Assembly (NCBI RefSeq): GCF_009914755.1
Contig: NC_060927.1
Direction: 5' to 3' (one strand)
Source: the human T2T-CHM13v2.0 reference genome, Homo sapiens
Length of the DNA: 64,000 nt
Below the pieces are notes generated by a model that made no database searches, was not told the DNA's origin, and saw only the letters and a list, made by a program, of their open reading frames with translations. The translations under genes and the position numbers were made by a program. Numbering within the stretch: the first letter of the stretch is position 1; the number at the start of each line of letters is the position of its first letter. Positions 34,235-46,812 of the stretch are shown in pieces.

Positions 34235-34536
34235 TTTTTATTTTATCTTAGTTTTATTTTTAAGAAGAGTCTCCCTGTGTCACCAAGGCTGGAGTGCAGC
34301 AGCGTGATCACAGCTCACTTGCAACCTCAACCTCCCAGGCTCAATCGCTCCTCCCACCTCAGTCTCCCGAGTAGCACTGCTGGTGTGTGCCACCACACCC
34401 AGTTACTTTTTGTATTTTTTATAGAGACAGAGTCTTGTGTTGCCAAGGCTGGTTTTAAACTCCTCGCCTCAAGTGATCCACCTGCCTCAGCCTCCCAATG
34501 TGCTGGAATTACAGGCGTGAGCCGTCACTCCTGGCC
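34235..34536 (-). mobile_element. AluJ
   Basis: caggctcaatcgctcctcccacctcag (J-type); TSD-like aa(g)cct(a/c)ta(g/a)gttgttt. Confidence 0.92.
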
Positions 34537-34649
34537 AAAAACCTCTAAGTTGTTTAAAATGCTATTTAATGTATTTGTAGTGTTTGATGATTTGCCACGT
34601 GTTTTTGCTACAGTGCCTTATTTAATTTTCACAGTCATGCTGTGAGGTT

Positions 34650-35350
34650 TTCCCACCAGTGTTTCCACCTGCTTTCTAGGCATACCTAAGATGTCAATAT
34701 GTCAAAAGCTAAAATCATAGTTCTTTATTTCTATGCTTGTTTTTCTTTCTGTATTCTTGATCTTAAAAAGAGTTGTATCATTATTTGCCACATTGGCCTA
34801 TCTGGCAAACAATCTATACACCTACTGTACTTCTCCCCTCTCTCCTCTTTAAACCTGATATCTAATTAATATACCATCAAGTCCTACTGATTCTATCTTT
34901 CAAATATATCTTAATTGTATATGCTGCTTCTGCTTTTTTTAAAAAAATTCTCATTTTGATGTTTGAGTCTGTAACGTTTCATGCCTAAACAGCTGTCATA
35001 TCCTTCTAACTGGTCTGTGGCTCAATGCCAGTCCCCTACTCAATCTTCTACAATCCCCTTTCTAAAACATAAATTTATCATGACACTTCCCACATGAAAT
35101 TCTAATGACTCCCCATTGTCTAGACTCATGCCTCTCCAAGTTTAATGTGAGCTCAAACAATCTGGGCATTTTGTTAAAGTGCAGATTCTGACTCAATAGG
35201 TCTGGGCTCCAGATTCTGTATTTTGAACAAGTGATGACAACGCTGCTTGCCCACGGACCACACTTTGAGTAGTAGCGGTCTAGGGGATAAAGTTACAAAC
35301 TCCTTGGAATTGCATTCACTAAGCTCTAAAGACCTGGCCTTTCTCTAGTT
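34650..35350 (+). mobile_element. L2 remnant with nested MER5A (~35130-35277)
   Basis: catcaagtcctactgattctatctttcaaatat; ttgttaaagtgcagattctgactcaataggtctggg...ggaccacactttgagtag. Confidence 0.7.
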
Positions 35351-35580
35351 CTCAGCCTTAAAACCCGTTTTCCTTCATCTTCAATCAGCCTAAAGTATTT
35401 ATCTACTCTGTAAACTCTCCAGTCTGAGATAGTCCTTCATTTTTAGCATTTGAAAAAAAGTTCACTTGAGCTAAAACCCCCCAATTTAAAATTCCAGTAA
35501 CTTTTTGTCTACCCTCACAACCCCATCACTGAAGGCAGCTGAGACAGGACAGGCAACAAGCCCCAACCTCAGCATTCATT

Positions 35581-35595
35581 CTGCCCTCTTGTGGC
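35581..35595 (-). promoter_or_regulatory. Candidate CTCF core motif
   Basis: Reverse complement gccacaagagggcag matches the CCACNAGRGGGCR consensus; binding not shown. Confidence 0.45.
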
Positions 35596-36439
35596 TTCTG
35601 CTTTCAAATAAATCCAAGGTGAATTTTTTGCTGAGCCTTCATAATTCCATTTATTGCCGGTCCAATTCAGCATATGGTGGGTTGGAGTTGGGGATTGGGG
35701 AAGAACTACTCCAGATCCCCGAGGCTGACACTGGTGGATCTTGTTGAAGCTGCGTGATGGCTGGGATCCTTTTGGGGGCTATTCCAGACGGTTCTGTGAT
35801 CGATGGTATCTCTCCTCTCTCCTTTCATGACCATGGCCCTTTAATGTCAGGCCGCCAATATTGTCCTGTTGTCTGGAATTTTCCTTAGTTTTGTTCAGTG
35901 CATAAACCTTCCTTCCTCTTACCAGTCAAGGTACCGGGGTCAAGTCCAATGTCCAGCTCTCAGTCTTTCCTCATCCACATACCCAGAGTGCTGCTACTTT
36001 TATGTGTTTCTTAGTTCCCATTCTACAAATCTTTGTAGAGCAACTGCTATGTGTCTGACTCTGTGCTAGGTACTGAGGATATAGCGATGAAGAAGGTAGT
36101 CATGACTCCTACACTTAACACAGCTTAAAGGCTGTGAGTGAGACAAACCACTTAAACAGGGAAACAGATGAATGTGTTAAAAAAAAAGAAAAGAAAAGAA
36201 AAGAAAGGTAGGGTGCTTTGGGAACCTGTAGCTTGCCCTGTTAGCCTGGAGTTCTGATAATTTAACTCACCCCAAGATATTGATATCTGATGATTACTTG
36301 CTGCATCACGGCTGCAGTAGCATTGCCATTTAAAAGTCATCTTTCTTTTTATTATTACGATTGTTATTGTTAGTTATAATTTTTTATGATCAGAGGTCAA
36401 ATATTTTAACTACATTATTATTAAATAAGTTAACACCAT

Positions 36440-36900
36440 GTATTAATCAATTGTTCATTTAATTGTAAAAATCAGAACCCAGCCTGAAGTACTTAAGCAA
36501 AGAGGAGGAAACCATGATAGTTGTTGAGGGCAAAGTTGAACAACCAACCCATGGGAAAGACAGAGGGGCAGGTGGATTCATAGACAATGGGAACTTGGTA
36601 CTTGGACATCCTCCTCTCTTTCTCTCTATGCTCCTCATCTATGTCTCTCCATGCTGCTCATCTATGTCTCTCCGTACTGTTTACATTTCGTAGCTTCTGT
36701 CTTTAGGTGGAAGTAGACTATTTTTCCTAGTTCCAATGTGAAAAAATTCAGAGAACTCATTAGTGATCATCTTTGGACCAATCGTGTGTGGCCAGGGGAA
36801 AGAGCATGACAGCTTTTACTATGGCTGTGTGGGGGGGAGGGGAGAAGGACATGGGTCCAGGAGAAGGGAGGAGTGCTGGGCAGGCAATACTATAAATGTC
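36440..36900 (-). mobile_element. Old MLT1-type LTR remnant
   Basis: cagaacccagcctgaagtacttaagcaaagagg...tttggaccaatcgtgtgtggccagggg. Confidence 0.5.
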
Positions 36901-39704
36901 TGTTTGCTATGCCTGGAAAGAAAATTGCTAGTATTTCCAAGTTCTGACACATTTTAATATTTGGAATTCAGAAAAAGAAATTGGAATTCTTGGGAATTTC
37001 CAAAATTATGTTATTCTTAAAATATGTCCAACAGTCTTCATATTCTTAAAATGCATGATTGTGGCTACCTAGAAATATTTGATTAATAAATAAAAAATAT
37101 TAAGTTTAGAAAAATATTTACTAAGAACTGTAGCCTACAGTGAATATTTAAATACTGGAAAATGGTAGTGAACATTGTTTGGTAGTATTCAAATAATGTT
37201 ACATTTACATCTTCTAGTAAGTTAACAACACAATACTAAACTACGTGTCTAAATTCCCCACTTAAGGATATATTTTGTTTCTCAAACTTGATCGATGGAA
37301 TGCCTCTCACAGGATTTGTGTGAAGGATACCATACGTATAGGCTATGAATACACACGACACGGCAGCTGCGAGCGAGAGTGACTGATTAGACTGGCTGTT
37401 TCTCTCCTATGTAAACCTGTTATGGTGCCTGAAAACCTTGACTTTTACCTTCAATCTTTTGTGTCAGTTTTTACTTCTCTTGCTTCTGATTTGATATTTA
37501 TGCATTTCTTAGAACCAATGAGGTGTCTAGGTTGATTGGTAAGGTTTAATTCTTGCAGGAGAATTATAATTCTTTTCCCTATTTTCCTGATTTTTCAATT
37601 TTTCTTGGAATCTAGGATTTGGAAAATCGTTTCCCATGAAATTCTGGCAAGAAATTCCTACCTGAAAACACTGCTATTTATGCATAACTTCTAGAGGGAA
37701 ATGTGTTTCAAGTTGCAAATGACTAATTTACCATTGTGAAAATTCTTGAAAAAGCCCTTTTTGGGCAAAGACGCTTTACAACATGGCCCATGTGGTTATT
37801 CTTCTTTTCCCTAGAACAGAGATGGAATTACTATATTATGATCACTGTTCCTAAAGCAGACTTCTAAGATGCTCCAAATGTCCCTTCTCAAATTAATTAT
37901 ATCATAGTGCAGCAAAGTAAGGAAACCTGTCATGCTCTGTGAATTTCCTAGGTAAGCTTTGTCCAGACGTTATACTTGCTCACAGGTTTAACATTGGTAT
38001 TTTTAAAAATGGGGAAAAAAGAAGCCTTTTCCTCAGTTTCTTGAAAAAACTTAGAAAGTGTGATTCAATATCACGCAGTACAGCCCCCAATTTTTGCACC
38101 AGCAGAAGCTATAAAAGGGATCAAAACATCGCCTTGCTTTGAGGCATGTGTCACCAGGCTTGGCTGTGTCCAGTGTATAGGTTCTTCTGGGGCTGACCAT
38201 TATCCCTGAGCATCCAAAATGCTGCGATATTTGAAAGAAGGAAATAATAATCCCACTAGCAAAGAACTGAAAGTGTGGGTGATATGTGGACTTGAGGAGA
38301 TTTTCATGAGAACTGCAAATGAAAGACACAGAAAGTGACAAGTCATGAACATCACAATGATGGTCCCGCCAAACACATGGGTTGAGTGATTCCTAAGAGA
38401 TTAAACACTGTAATGTGGGCAAATAGAAAAACAATTGAAGTCAGGTGCCTGGCACGCAGACATTCAGGGGACATTTGCTGTATTGAATTCAAGTGAGTGC
38501 CTTCCCTATGTTGCTTTGCAATATAACTGCACTGGTGAACCAAGTCAAAACGGAAAAACTCTCAAAATCACATCTAAAGAAATTTATAAGCAAGGGCAAA
38601 TAAACATAGGGTAAACTTACCACTGCTAAACCTCAACTCATCATGACCATACTAACCACAGCCCCTAATTATCCCTGGAGTTGTAAAGAAAGAACAGAAA
38701 CATTAGAAAACAAGCTGACCTTAGTGTCTATTGAGAATCTAATATTCTGCCTTCTCTAATTGCAACAAAAATAGTACACAGTGAAAAATAATATGTTTGG
38801 AATGATCAATTTTAAATGCGAAAATGGCTCAAATAATGAATAAAATGTGTCTGCTCTTTAGACTTTTTAGTGAGGTAAGAAGATTTAAGAAAATTTAAAT
38901 AAGACTTCAAACAAAATGGTTTTGTAACCAGAAAAGTTAAATGAAGCAGAATGACTAAATCTCTACCCATTGTGGTTAATTGAAGCTGCTTTATATCTGG
39001 GTGCCAGTGGGAACTTGGAGTAATCATATCATAGGAGCTTGTAAACCTTCTGGATTTGCAGGGAGTTATGAGGATTACCAAGATTTGACTTTAGTGATAT
39101 GGTAAACAGTTTCTCTAAAACCCAACCTTCCAACTGATACAGCCTTCTACCAGGCTCCTGTGGGTCTCTGGGAATTTTCATTTGAACCAAGCAGTTAGTG
39201 GTAAATGGAGTGCATTGGGAAATTTCCACCTGGGGGGATCTGATATCTGATTTCTTCCCTCCAGTGCACCCTCTGGGGTACTCTCAAGTGTGGCTTAGCG
39301 TCATTTGAGCAGTCTCCTTCGACTTATCTCCCATCCTATCCGTCTCAGCCCCAAAGCTGCCTTGGCAGGTAGTGTGGTAACACAGGATTAGGGTTGCAGC
39401 AGCAAGGGAATAGCCCTTCTAGAGTCTATACAAAATTCTGGACAGTCACCAAGAGAGAAGGGCAGAGTAGCTAACCTTTCTCTTCTCACGGTGCACATGC
39501 ATCTGCTGCAAACGTGGAATACCACAGCAGTCTGGCAGCTCAGGTACAGTCAGCAAGGAGCCATGGGAAGGGCTGGGAGCCTGGAATAATTCTCATTCCA
39601 AACCCCTATTGAAACCAGAAACCCCAAGAAACCCAAGAGTGATTTCCCACTCCCTGACTCCTTTAACTTAAAGCAAATTGTAAAAAATTTTTAAAGCAAA
39701 TATA

Positions 39705-39826
39705 AACAAGCAAAGTGAGAAAAGGAAAGAAGGAAAGGGAGGAAGGAAAATGGAAGGAAGAAAGAAGGAAGACAGAAAGGCAGAAATGAAGAAAAGAAAG
39801 AAAGGGAGAAATGAAGGAAAGAAAAA
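39705..39826. repeat. GA-rich low-complexity tract
   Basis: Degenerate (GGAA/GAAA)n. Confidence 0.85.
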
Positions 39827-40344
39827 GCTGAAGTTTTTATTTCCCAGGACTGCAATTACAAAGCTAATTATGGAAGAAATAAAATACAAAAATGGTAACT
39901 AGGCAATCCTTATGGGAGGAATCAATACCTCTCCACCAGGAAACTACCCAGAGGACATCCTTAGCTATATTTTAAAACTTGTTATTGAATAATAAGATTA
40001 TGACTATCACCAACATAATTTTGAAAATGATGGTGGTAGCGTATTGGGCAGAAAACAGAATAACATTGTTCCCATTTCCTACGATGAAAGCTGTTAATGA
40101 ATTATATGATATGACGTGAAGTGATGCTATATTGCATTTAAGTTATATAGCTTGCTACAGGGTTTTTTTCATGGAGGCAGATTGCCCATGGAAGATATAT
40201 TTCTGAAGTAGGAACAAAATGAAGTTGAGCATTTATTTTTAACTAAAGAAATTATTTGATTTTTCTCATGAAACTAAGCTACCCTGTCTGGTTACTCTAG
40301 TCTTTGACTCACAGTTCATCCTGTGTCTTCCCCGGTAGCAGTAC

Positions 40345-40745
40345 TGTTGGTGCCCCCCTCATATCCCCTCAGCTCCCCATTTCTGGGCACCCCAACTGGT
40401 GAGCTCTTGTGACTTTTCCCCCAAGAGTTTTCTCTGGTTCCTGGGATTCACCTAGTCCATGCATGGGGCAGAGCAGAAATGCCTAGGAGGTAACAACTGA
40501 AAGCCAACCTTAACCAGGACTGAGGAAGGTGGAGAATAACCCAGATAATAATGCTCTTGGTGGAGAATAACCCAGCTGCCTCCCACCTTAGTTGGGACAA
40601 TACTGAAGTGTGTTCTACACAGTTAATCAGAGTTCCCCAAAGGCAACGGTCCTAAGTTCTCCACCTGCTGGTGTTACCTGCTGAATAGCCTCTTGTACCA
40701 CATCCTTGTCTCAGGATATGTTTTGGGGAAACCCATGCCAAGACA
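40345..40745 (-). mobile_element. LTR16-like ERVL solo LTR
   Basis: gggacaatactgaagtgtgttctacacag; ends atccttgtctcagg...ttttggggaaacccatgccaagaca. Confidence 0.75.
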
Positions 40746-43713
40746 TTAATCAAAGGCCCAATTTCACCCACTTTATCATCTTTCTCCCTGAACTCTTACC
40801 CCAAGTCACCTATGGAGCAACAAGTCTCAGAAGAACTTTGGCCTAAGACAGAAATGAAGTGCTCAACTGTCTTCTTCTCTCTTCTGGCTTGTACCCATTA
40901 CAGACCCTCCTGTACCCCCATTTTCACCTGTAGTCCCTCCCTCCCCTCTAACCCAACTCTTACACTCCTACCTGTAAGCTGCCACTCATGGCAATGGTAG
41001 CCACTGCTAATTCTTGTTCTAAAAAATGAAGCTTCATGGATAAAATAACAGATGGAAAAGATAGGTACGTATCGACTTCCTGCATGCAACTCTTCCCAAT
41101 TCATTAAAACTGGAGTTTCTGAGGAACATCCGGAAATCCAGACATTTCCTATGATTGTTGCAGCTAAGATAAAAGCAAGCAGAGCAAGCCTCTGATTCTA
41201 TGCCCACCACCCTCTCTTTCCCTACTCCAAGATAATAAATTGTTTTAAAAGTTTGAAAGTACCATTGCTTTAGCTCTTATGATATATTACTTCTGTTATT
41301 GCTTTCTATTTATATCTCTAGTCCAACAGTTCCTGGAACTGTTGATGTGTAAAGTTTAAACCAACTGCAGCAATTCTGAACAAAACTGACAGCTCTCTCT
41401 GCATTCTCTTATTAGGAAAGTCTTTAAGGCAAAGAACTGGGTAAGAAGAGTTTATTATACATTCCTGAGCAGGTACGTACTTTGTGATCTAAATTAGTAA
41501 GAGATATTTTTCCCCATGATTTGCCCTATAAGTTATTTTTATTCCGTGATGATCATTCTTTAACCTCTTTGTTCAGTGGGCCATAGCTTTTCTCCGACTT
41601 GCATTTATTCTCTTTCTGTCATTTGATTCCCCAACTCACAGACTTTTGGACAGACCAGTGAGTTTAAAGAGTTTCCTGAATTAAGGTTCCAGGCCACCTG
41701 AATCAGCATGACATGGGGCAGTGATTAAAGAGGCAGATTCAACAGGTCACTCACAATTGACTTGATGCAGCTTTAAAGGAAAGGCAAAGTGATCCTTACA
41801 TACAGATACATTTGAAAACCACAGATTTGAGTGTGCAAATATGACAAGAAAGTTTAGACTATATAAAGCTTGGAACAAAGTTTTCCTTCTCTCTCCCAGG
41901 ACTGAATTCATGGCATTGACCTCATTAGCTGGCTGTAGTGACTTAAGCTAATAAACTTTTACACCGATGCTTATTCCTAGGAGTGACAAAGATTCATGCC
42001 AATCTCTTCTGCTAGAAAGTGGAAAAAAGAAAACAAAGAAAAAAATTGCTTACAAAGAGTGAAAGGCACCCATACTTTCTAATGGAAAAAATATGGCAAT
42101 ATGTGAGCATAACACTTTAGGGGGAAGGAGCAGGGCTCATGTTTTCATTATTTTGATGAACTTTTCCTCTGGGGGCTAATCTTTGAGCAAAGAAGTTCTA
42201 GTTTCCTAACTGAGATGATAGAAAAAAAAAAAAAACCCAAAGAGATTAATTTGCATTCTTATTGGGAGAAAAATGTTCTTGTTTTTATTTTTTATTTTTT
42301 TCTAAAATTAGTGATCATGTGTTTTTGTTGATATCTTTAGTTCAAATCTCGTGTGGTCTATGTAAATTCTCTCTCTTTTTTTCATCTGTCAAGATGTTAT
42401 TAAGTAAATTCAGTCTCTTTAGAAATAATCATTGTTTCCTGGCCCTGGGTTTGGAAGGATTTCCAAAGAAGATGACAGAAGCTTGGATCAGAATCACACT
42501 TGGCATTGTTGAGACAGGATTCATTATAGGCATATAGAGTATAGCTCAGCTTCAGGAGGAGGGGGGCTTTACTTTAGAATCCCATAGTGAATATGTTTAT
42601 GGATGTCAGTAAACCATTGTGAGAAAACATACATGACTCTGTTGAGTAAACAAATACATTCTTTCTGAGCAGAGAATGAGTGTGGGATCACTTCATCTAT
42701 GTAAGAACAGAACAATAGTAATATCTTCTTAAGACTCTCAGTTTGCAGAGCAATGTGCAAAATACACATCTTTGATAAAGGATGTCACATTTGCTACTGA
42801 TGAGAGATGGCAGCATGTGACATTTGCCCATGAAATGTTTGTATTGGTCTTTGGATATTGCAGCGTGTCCCTATATCCATTTTAAATAGAAATGTGACTG
42901 ACTAAAGGATTGTGGACTCTTGCCCTCTGAATGGCTTTATAAGCTCTACTGTTTTTCTAGCCTGATAAGTTACACATTCCCTATCATATAGCTCTCTAAC
43001 TGTTTATATCTCACCAATAATTTTCTAAGTCACAAGATCTGGAAATGCTTCTTTATCATTTCAATACCAGCAACATGAATGAATAATATTCTGCACAGAT
43101 TTTCTGTTTATGAGTCATTGACCCAAGGAACATAAAGCAATATTTCAGTTTCTATATATTTGAATCTTTGTTTTTCTCCTCATAATTAGTGTCCATTGTG
43201 TTTCAAAAACCTATTTTAATTTATTTATTAATAGCAAACGTATTAAATGAAACCATAGAAACCTCTGGAGGAGAAGCAGTTCTGTTTCTTTTTAAAAACA
43301 AGTAATTAGCTTAACTTATTTTCCAGTCAAATAGAAAGCTTTAACAGTTAAAAATTATAATTTAGTAACTAACTTTTTTCTGCATTTAATCTCTTTGAAC
43401 TGCGACCTCTTCATATAGTCAGCCAACTCTTTGAAAATAATTATTCTAATTAATTAAAGTACTTTTAAAAAAGTTTACAAATTATATACATGTCTTAAGT
43501 TTTATGCTTTATTCAGTAGATGGATTTCTGAAATGTTATGTTAAAATCTCATTTTTAAAAAGTAGTTTTCATTTCTCCATCACTGGTATAATTGAACTGG
43601 TTTGTTAGTTTTGTTTTGGCTTAAGTTTTTTAAATGTTGACTTTTAGATTTTCTGCTTCAATGTCATTGTAAACCTAACACCCAAACTTCAGCTGAATTT
43701 GATAATCTATAAA

Positions 43714-43868
43714 CCATTGCCACTCAACATATGGTCTATGGACCAGCAGCATCTGGGAGCTTGTTAGAAATGCAGAATCTCAAGCCCCAACCCAGATCTG
43801 CTGAATCAGAAGCTACATTTTAACAAGACTTTCTAGGTGACTCTTGACATTAAATTTGAGAAGCTCTA
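43714..43868. mobile_element. MER5A DNA transposon
   Basis: ggaccagcagcatctgggagcttgttagaaatgcagaatctc...ctgaatcagaa...tttgagaagc. Confidence 0.9.
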
Positions 43869-44059
43869 GTCAGCCTAATACTTCCTCTTTATAATGGCAT
43901 TTCCAAATTAAAGGAACTCAGTATAAATTAAGGTATCTTAAAAATGTACCATAATAACCTGAAGATAGTGAATCTTCAAGGTAGAGGAACCTGGATGGTT
44001 TACTCTTCCACTGAGCATCCTCCTGGCAGCTCAGCCAGGGCTGCAGATTGTTAAGTGCT

Positions 44060-44720
44060 ATGGCTTTTACATGGTGAACTCCTGGCACTGTACTGGAGAC
44101 ATGGTTAGAATGTGTGTGGTGAGGAAGCTCACAGTCAATAAGGAGAGACTCATAGGTAAATATGTAAATATAATACACTTCACAGTAGAGATACAGAAGT
44201 AGGACAGAGGGAGTGAATAATCCTGTGGGTGGAAGGTGGGGCAGAGGACAGAATAGGAAGGTTCCCAGAGAAGATGACTCAGTTTTAAGCATTTCACCCC
44301 ATGGGCAAGTTGGAGGATGTTCCAAGCAGACAGGCCTACAGACAGTGAGGCAGATAAGCATCTCTGAGGAAATTCTCATGGTTTGATTTTGCTGAACAAG
44401 AGGTATATGTAGGTGAGGGGAGCAGCGGGTAGGAGTGGACCCACGGAAGTGGTGGGAAATAAGCCTGAATAATAGACACAAATGGCCTATTGTGCGAGTG
44501 TGGCTTTTGTCAAAGGGGGCCTGGAGAATCCTAAACAGAAGGGTATGGCCAGAGTTGTGTTTTGAAAGGTCATTTTGGATGTCGTGTAGAAAATGGACTG
44601 GATTAGAGTCAGGAAGCTGAGTATGTAGGTGGCTGCAGGGGCCCAGGTGACAGATAATGACTATCTGGCATGAAGTCATGGCAGGAGGATGGACAGCTCA
44701 GAATAGAATCCAAAAATAAA
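44060..44720 (-). mobile_element. L2 remnant
   Basis: ttgtgttttgaaaggtcattttggatgtcgtgtagaaaatggactgga; minus-strand translation KHNSGHTLLFRILQ...LISHH resembles the L2 ORF2 C-terminus. Confidence 0.75.
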
Positions 44721-44999
44721 GAGGAGGAATTCCTTTTGTGATCAGATGTTGATCCAAGTTGACCCTTCTGCCATCAGCCACTCCTTCAAACCTTTGAGGA
44801 CAATCGTTATTTGCTGAGTCTTTGTTTATTCAGAGCAAATGTCTCCAGGTCTTTGAATTGCTGCTCATGTGACATGATGTTATATCCTCCTTCAAGTATT
44901 TCAGTGTATTTATATTCCTTATACATTGCAGTTCCAAGAGTTGAAGAGAAGGTAAGATTGGGTGGGGAAAGGGAACAAAAAAATGACCGGGTTATACAC

Positions 45000-45200
45000 A
45001 AGCCAAGTGCACCACAACCACTGGCTCATTTAGTTTCTAGAACCCTGCAAAATGTATTATTACCTCATTTACAAATGAAAACAGTAAGGCTTTGGAGGTT
45101 AAGAGTCTCACTTTTGGATTACCAGCTACTAGTAATAAAATCTGAATTTGTACCCTGAGATGTGTGTTTCGTATGTTAAACTATCTGCCCGGCAAGGATG
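45000..45200 (-). mobile_element. MIR remnant
   Basis: tattattacctcatttacaaatgaaaacagtaaggctttggaggttaag...cagctactagta. Confidence 0.7.
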
Positions 45201-45856
45201 CTTACAGCATCTTAAACTACCACTTCGCTATGGTTTGCTGTGACAATAACAAGGACTTCTTTGGCTACCAACCTTGCCCATCTGATACATTCCCAAGAAC
45301 TAGATTGTAAGTGGAGAAGACCCCTAAGCAGCCAAGTAGATGGAACAAAGTCCAAATTCTCTATTTATAAGAAGGGACATCACCTTCAGAGCTTGTTTAC
45401 TTTGTTTGTACACAGTTCTCCCAAGCTTGGCCATATGTTTCTGCAACCCACAGATGATTAGAAACAGCAAATTCAGACTGAGTAGGAAGCAAGTGAGATC
45501 TAATAGCTGATAAGATGACATCAAGGGAAGAAACATAAAAATGTAAAGAGCCATATATATAAAAAGTCAGGAAGTCTTGGTAATAGTTTTGGTCACTAAT
45601 ATAGAGAAAGACAAATCCATCATCTCGAATAGTCCTTGAGGGCACTTTGATTATAGCAAAGATAATAGACCTTTAGAGTCAGTATAAACCATATCTCTCA
45701 CCTGAAGGAGAAAGTCACAATATGACATCCTGGGCCAGAGGGGTATTATTTTTTTGTCTCTACTTAGGTCTTAGTGGAGTAAGGAATGCATCGCTCTATA
45801 TGCCAATGTACATCTCTTTTGTGATTAGAAGTCATTAGCAATCACAGAAGATTTTT

Positions 45857-46066
45857 TTATTTTTATTTTTTATTATACTGTAAGTTCTAGGGTACATGTG
45901 CACAACGTGCAGGTTTGTTACATATGTATACATGCGCCATGTTGGTGTGCTGCACCCATTAACTTGTCATTTACATTAGGTATATCTCCTAATGCTTTCC
46001 CTCCCCCCTCCTCCCCACCTCTCCCCACTCCATGACAGGCCCCGGTGTGTAATGTTCCCCTTCCTG
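45857..46066 (-). mobile_element. Severely 5'-truncated L1PA4/5-like 3' end (~210 bp)
   Basis: Antisense L1PA 3'UTR; perfect 17-bp TSD aatcacagaagattttt at 45840-45856 and 46067-46083. Confidence 0.95.
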
Positions 46067-46641
46067 AATCACAGAAGATTTTTATAGTCTGCCAACCCAA
46101 ATCTCTTAGAAATGTTTAGTAATGTCTGCCAATTGGCCAGTGTTTGGTGCTTTTCTATATAATAATCATCCAAATATGAGGAGACAAGAGTTACCAGTGT
46201 GGAATGGTAATCAGAAACTCCAGGATCACAGACAGTCTTCAAAGAGCATCTCCTCTTTTGGCTCCCACTTCCTTTCAAGTCTGCTCAGAGGCCTTCAGCC
46301 CCCTGCAGTGCCATGCCCAAGCCATTTCTGCTCAAACTCAGGGAAAAAGATATTCTACAGTCACTTCAAATTGTAAATACCAAAATAATACAGTTATTTA
46401 AAGTGTCCCAATCAAACATATTAATTGATTTTTCATTTTCACTGGAAGTAAGTCATCTTCCTGTTCTCCACACTCCTGCCTCCAGCCTTTGAGGATGAGA
46501 GCGTGGCAGCCTTCTCCATGCTCTCCCTTGCTTATCTTCCAACTCTATAACTGCTGCTTGCAAACACAGAGATCTCAGCAGGGGAGAGAGAAAAGTTAAG
46601 GGGGAACAGGAAAGTTCTTGCTTGACTAATACCACCTCAAA

Positions 46642-46812
46642 CCAGTTCCTAAGTCTTAAAGTTTAATGTGCACATTAATCATGTGGAAATCTTATCACAA
46701 TGAAAATTCTGAATCAGTACATATGGGATGATGTCTGAGATTCTGCATTTAGAATAAGCTCTCAGCTGCTGCAAATGGTGCTAGCTTATGGTCCATGCTT
46801 TGAGTAACAAGG
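46642..46812. mobile_element. MER5A remnant
   Basis: aaattctgaatcagta...ctgagattctgcatttagaataagctctcag...tggtccatgctttgagtaacaag. Confidence 0.8.
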
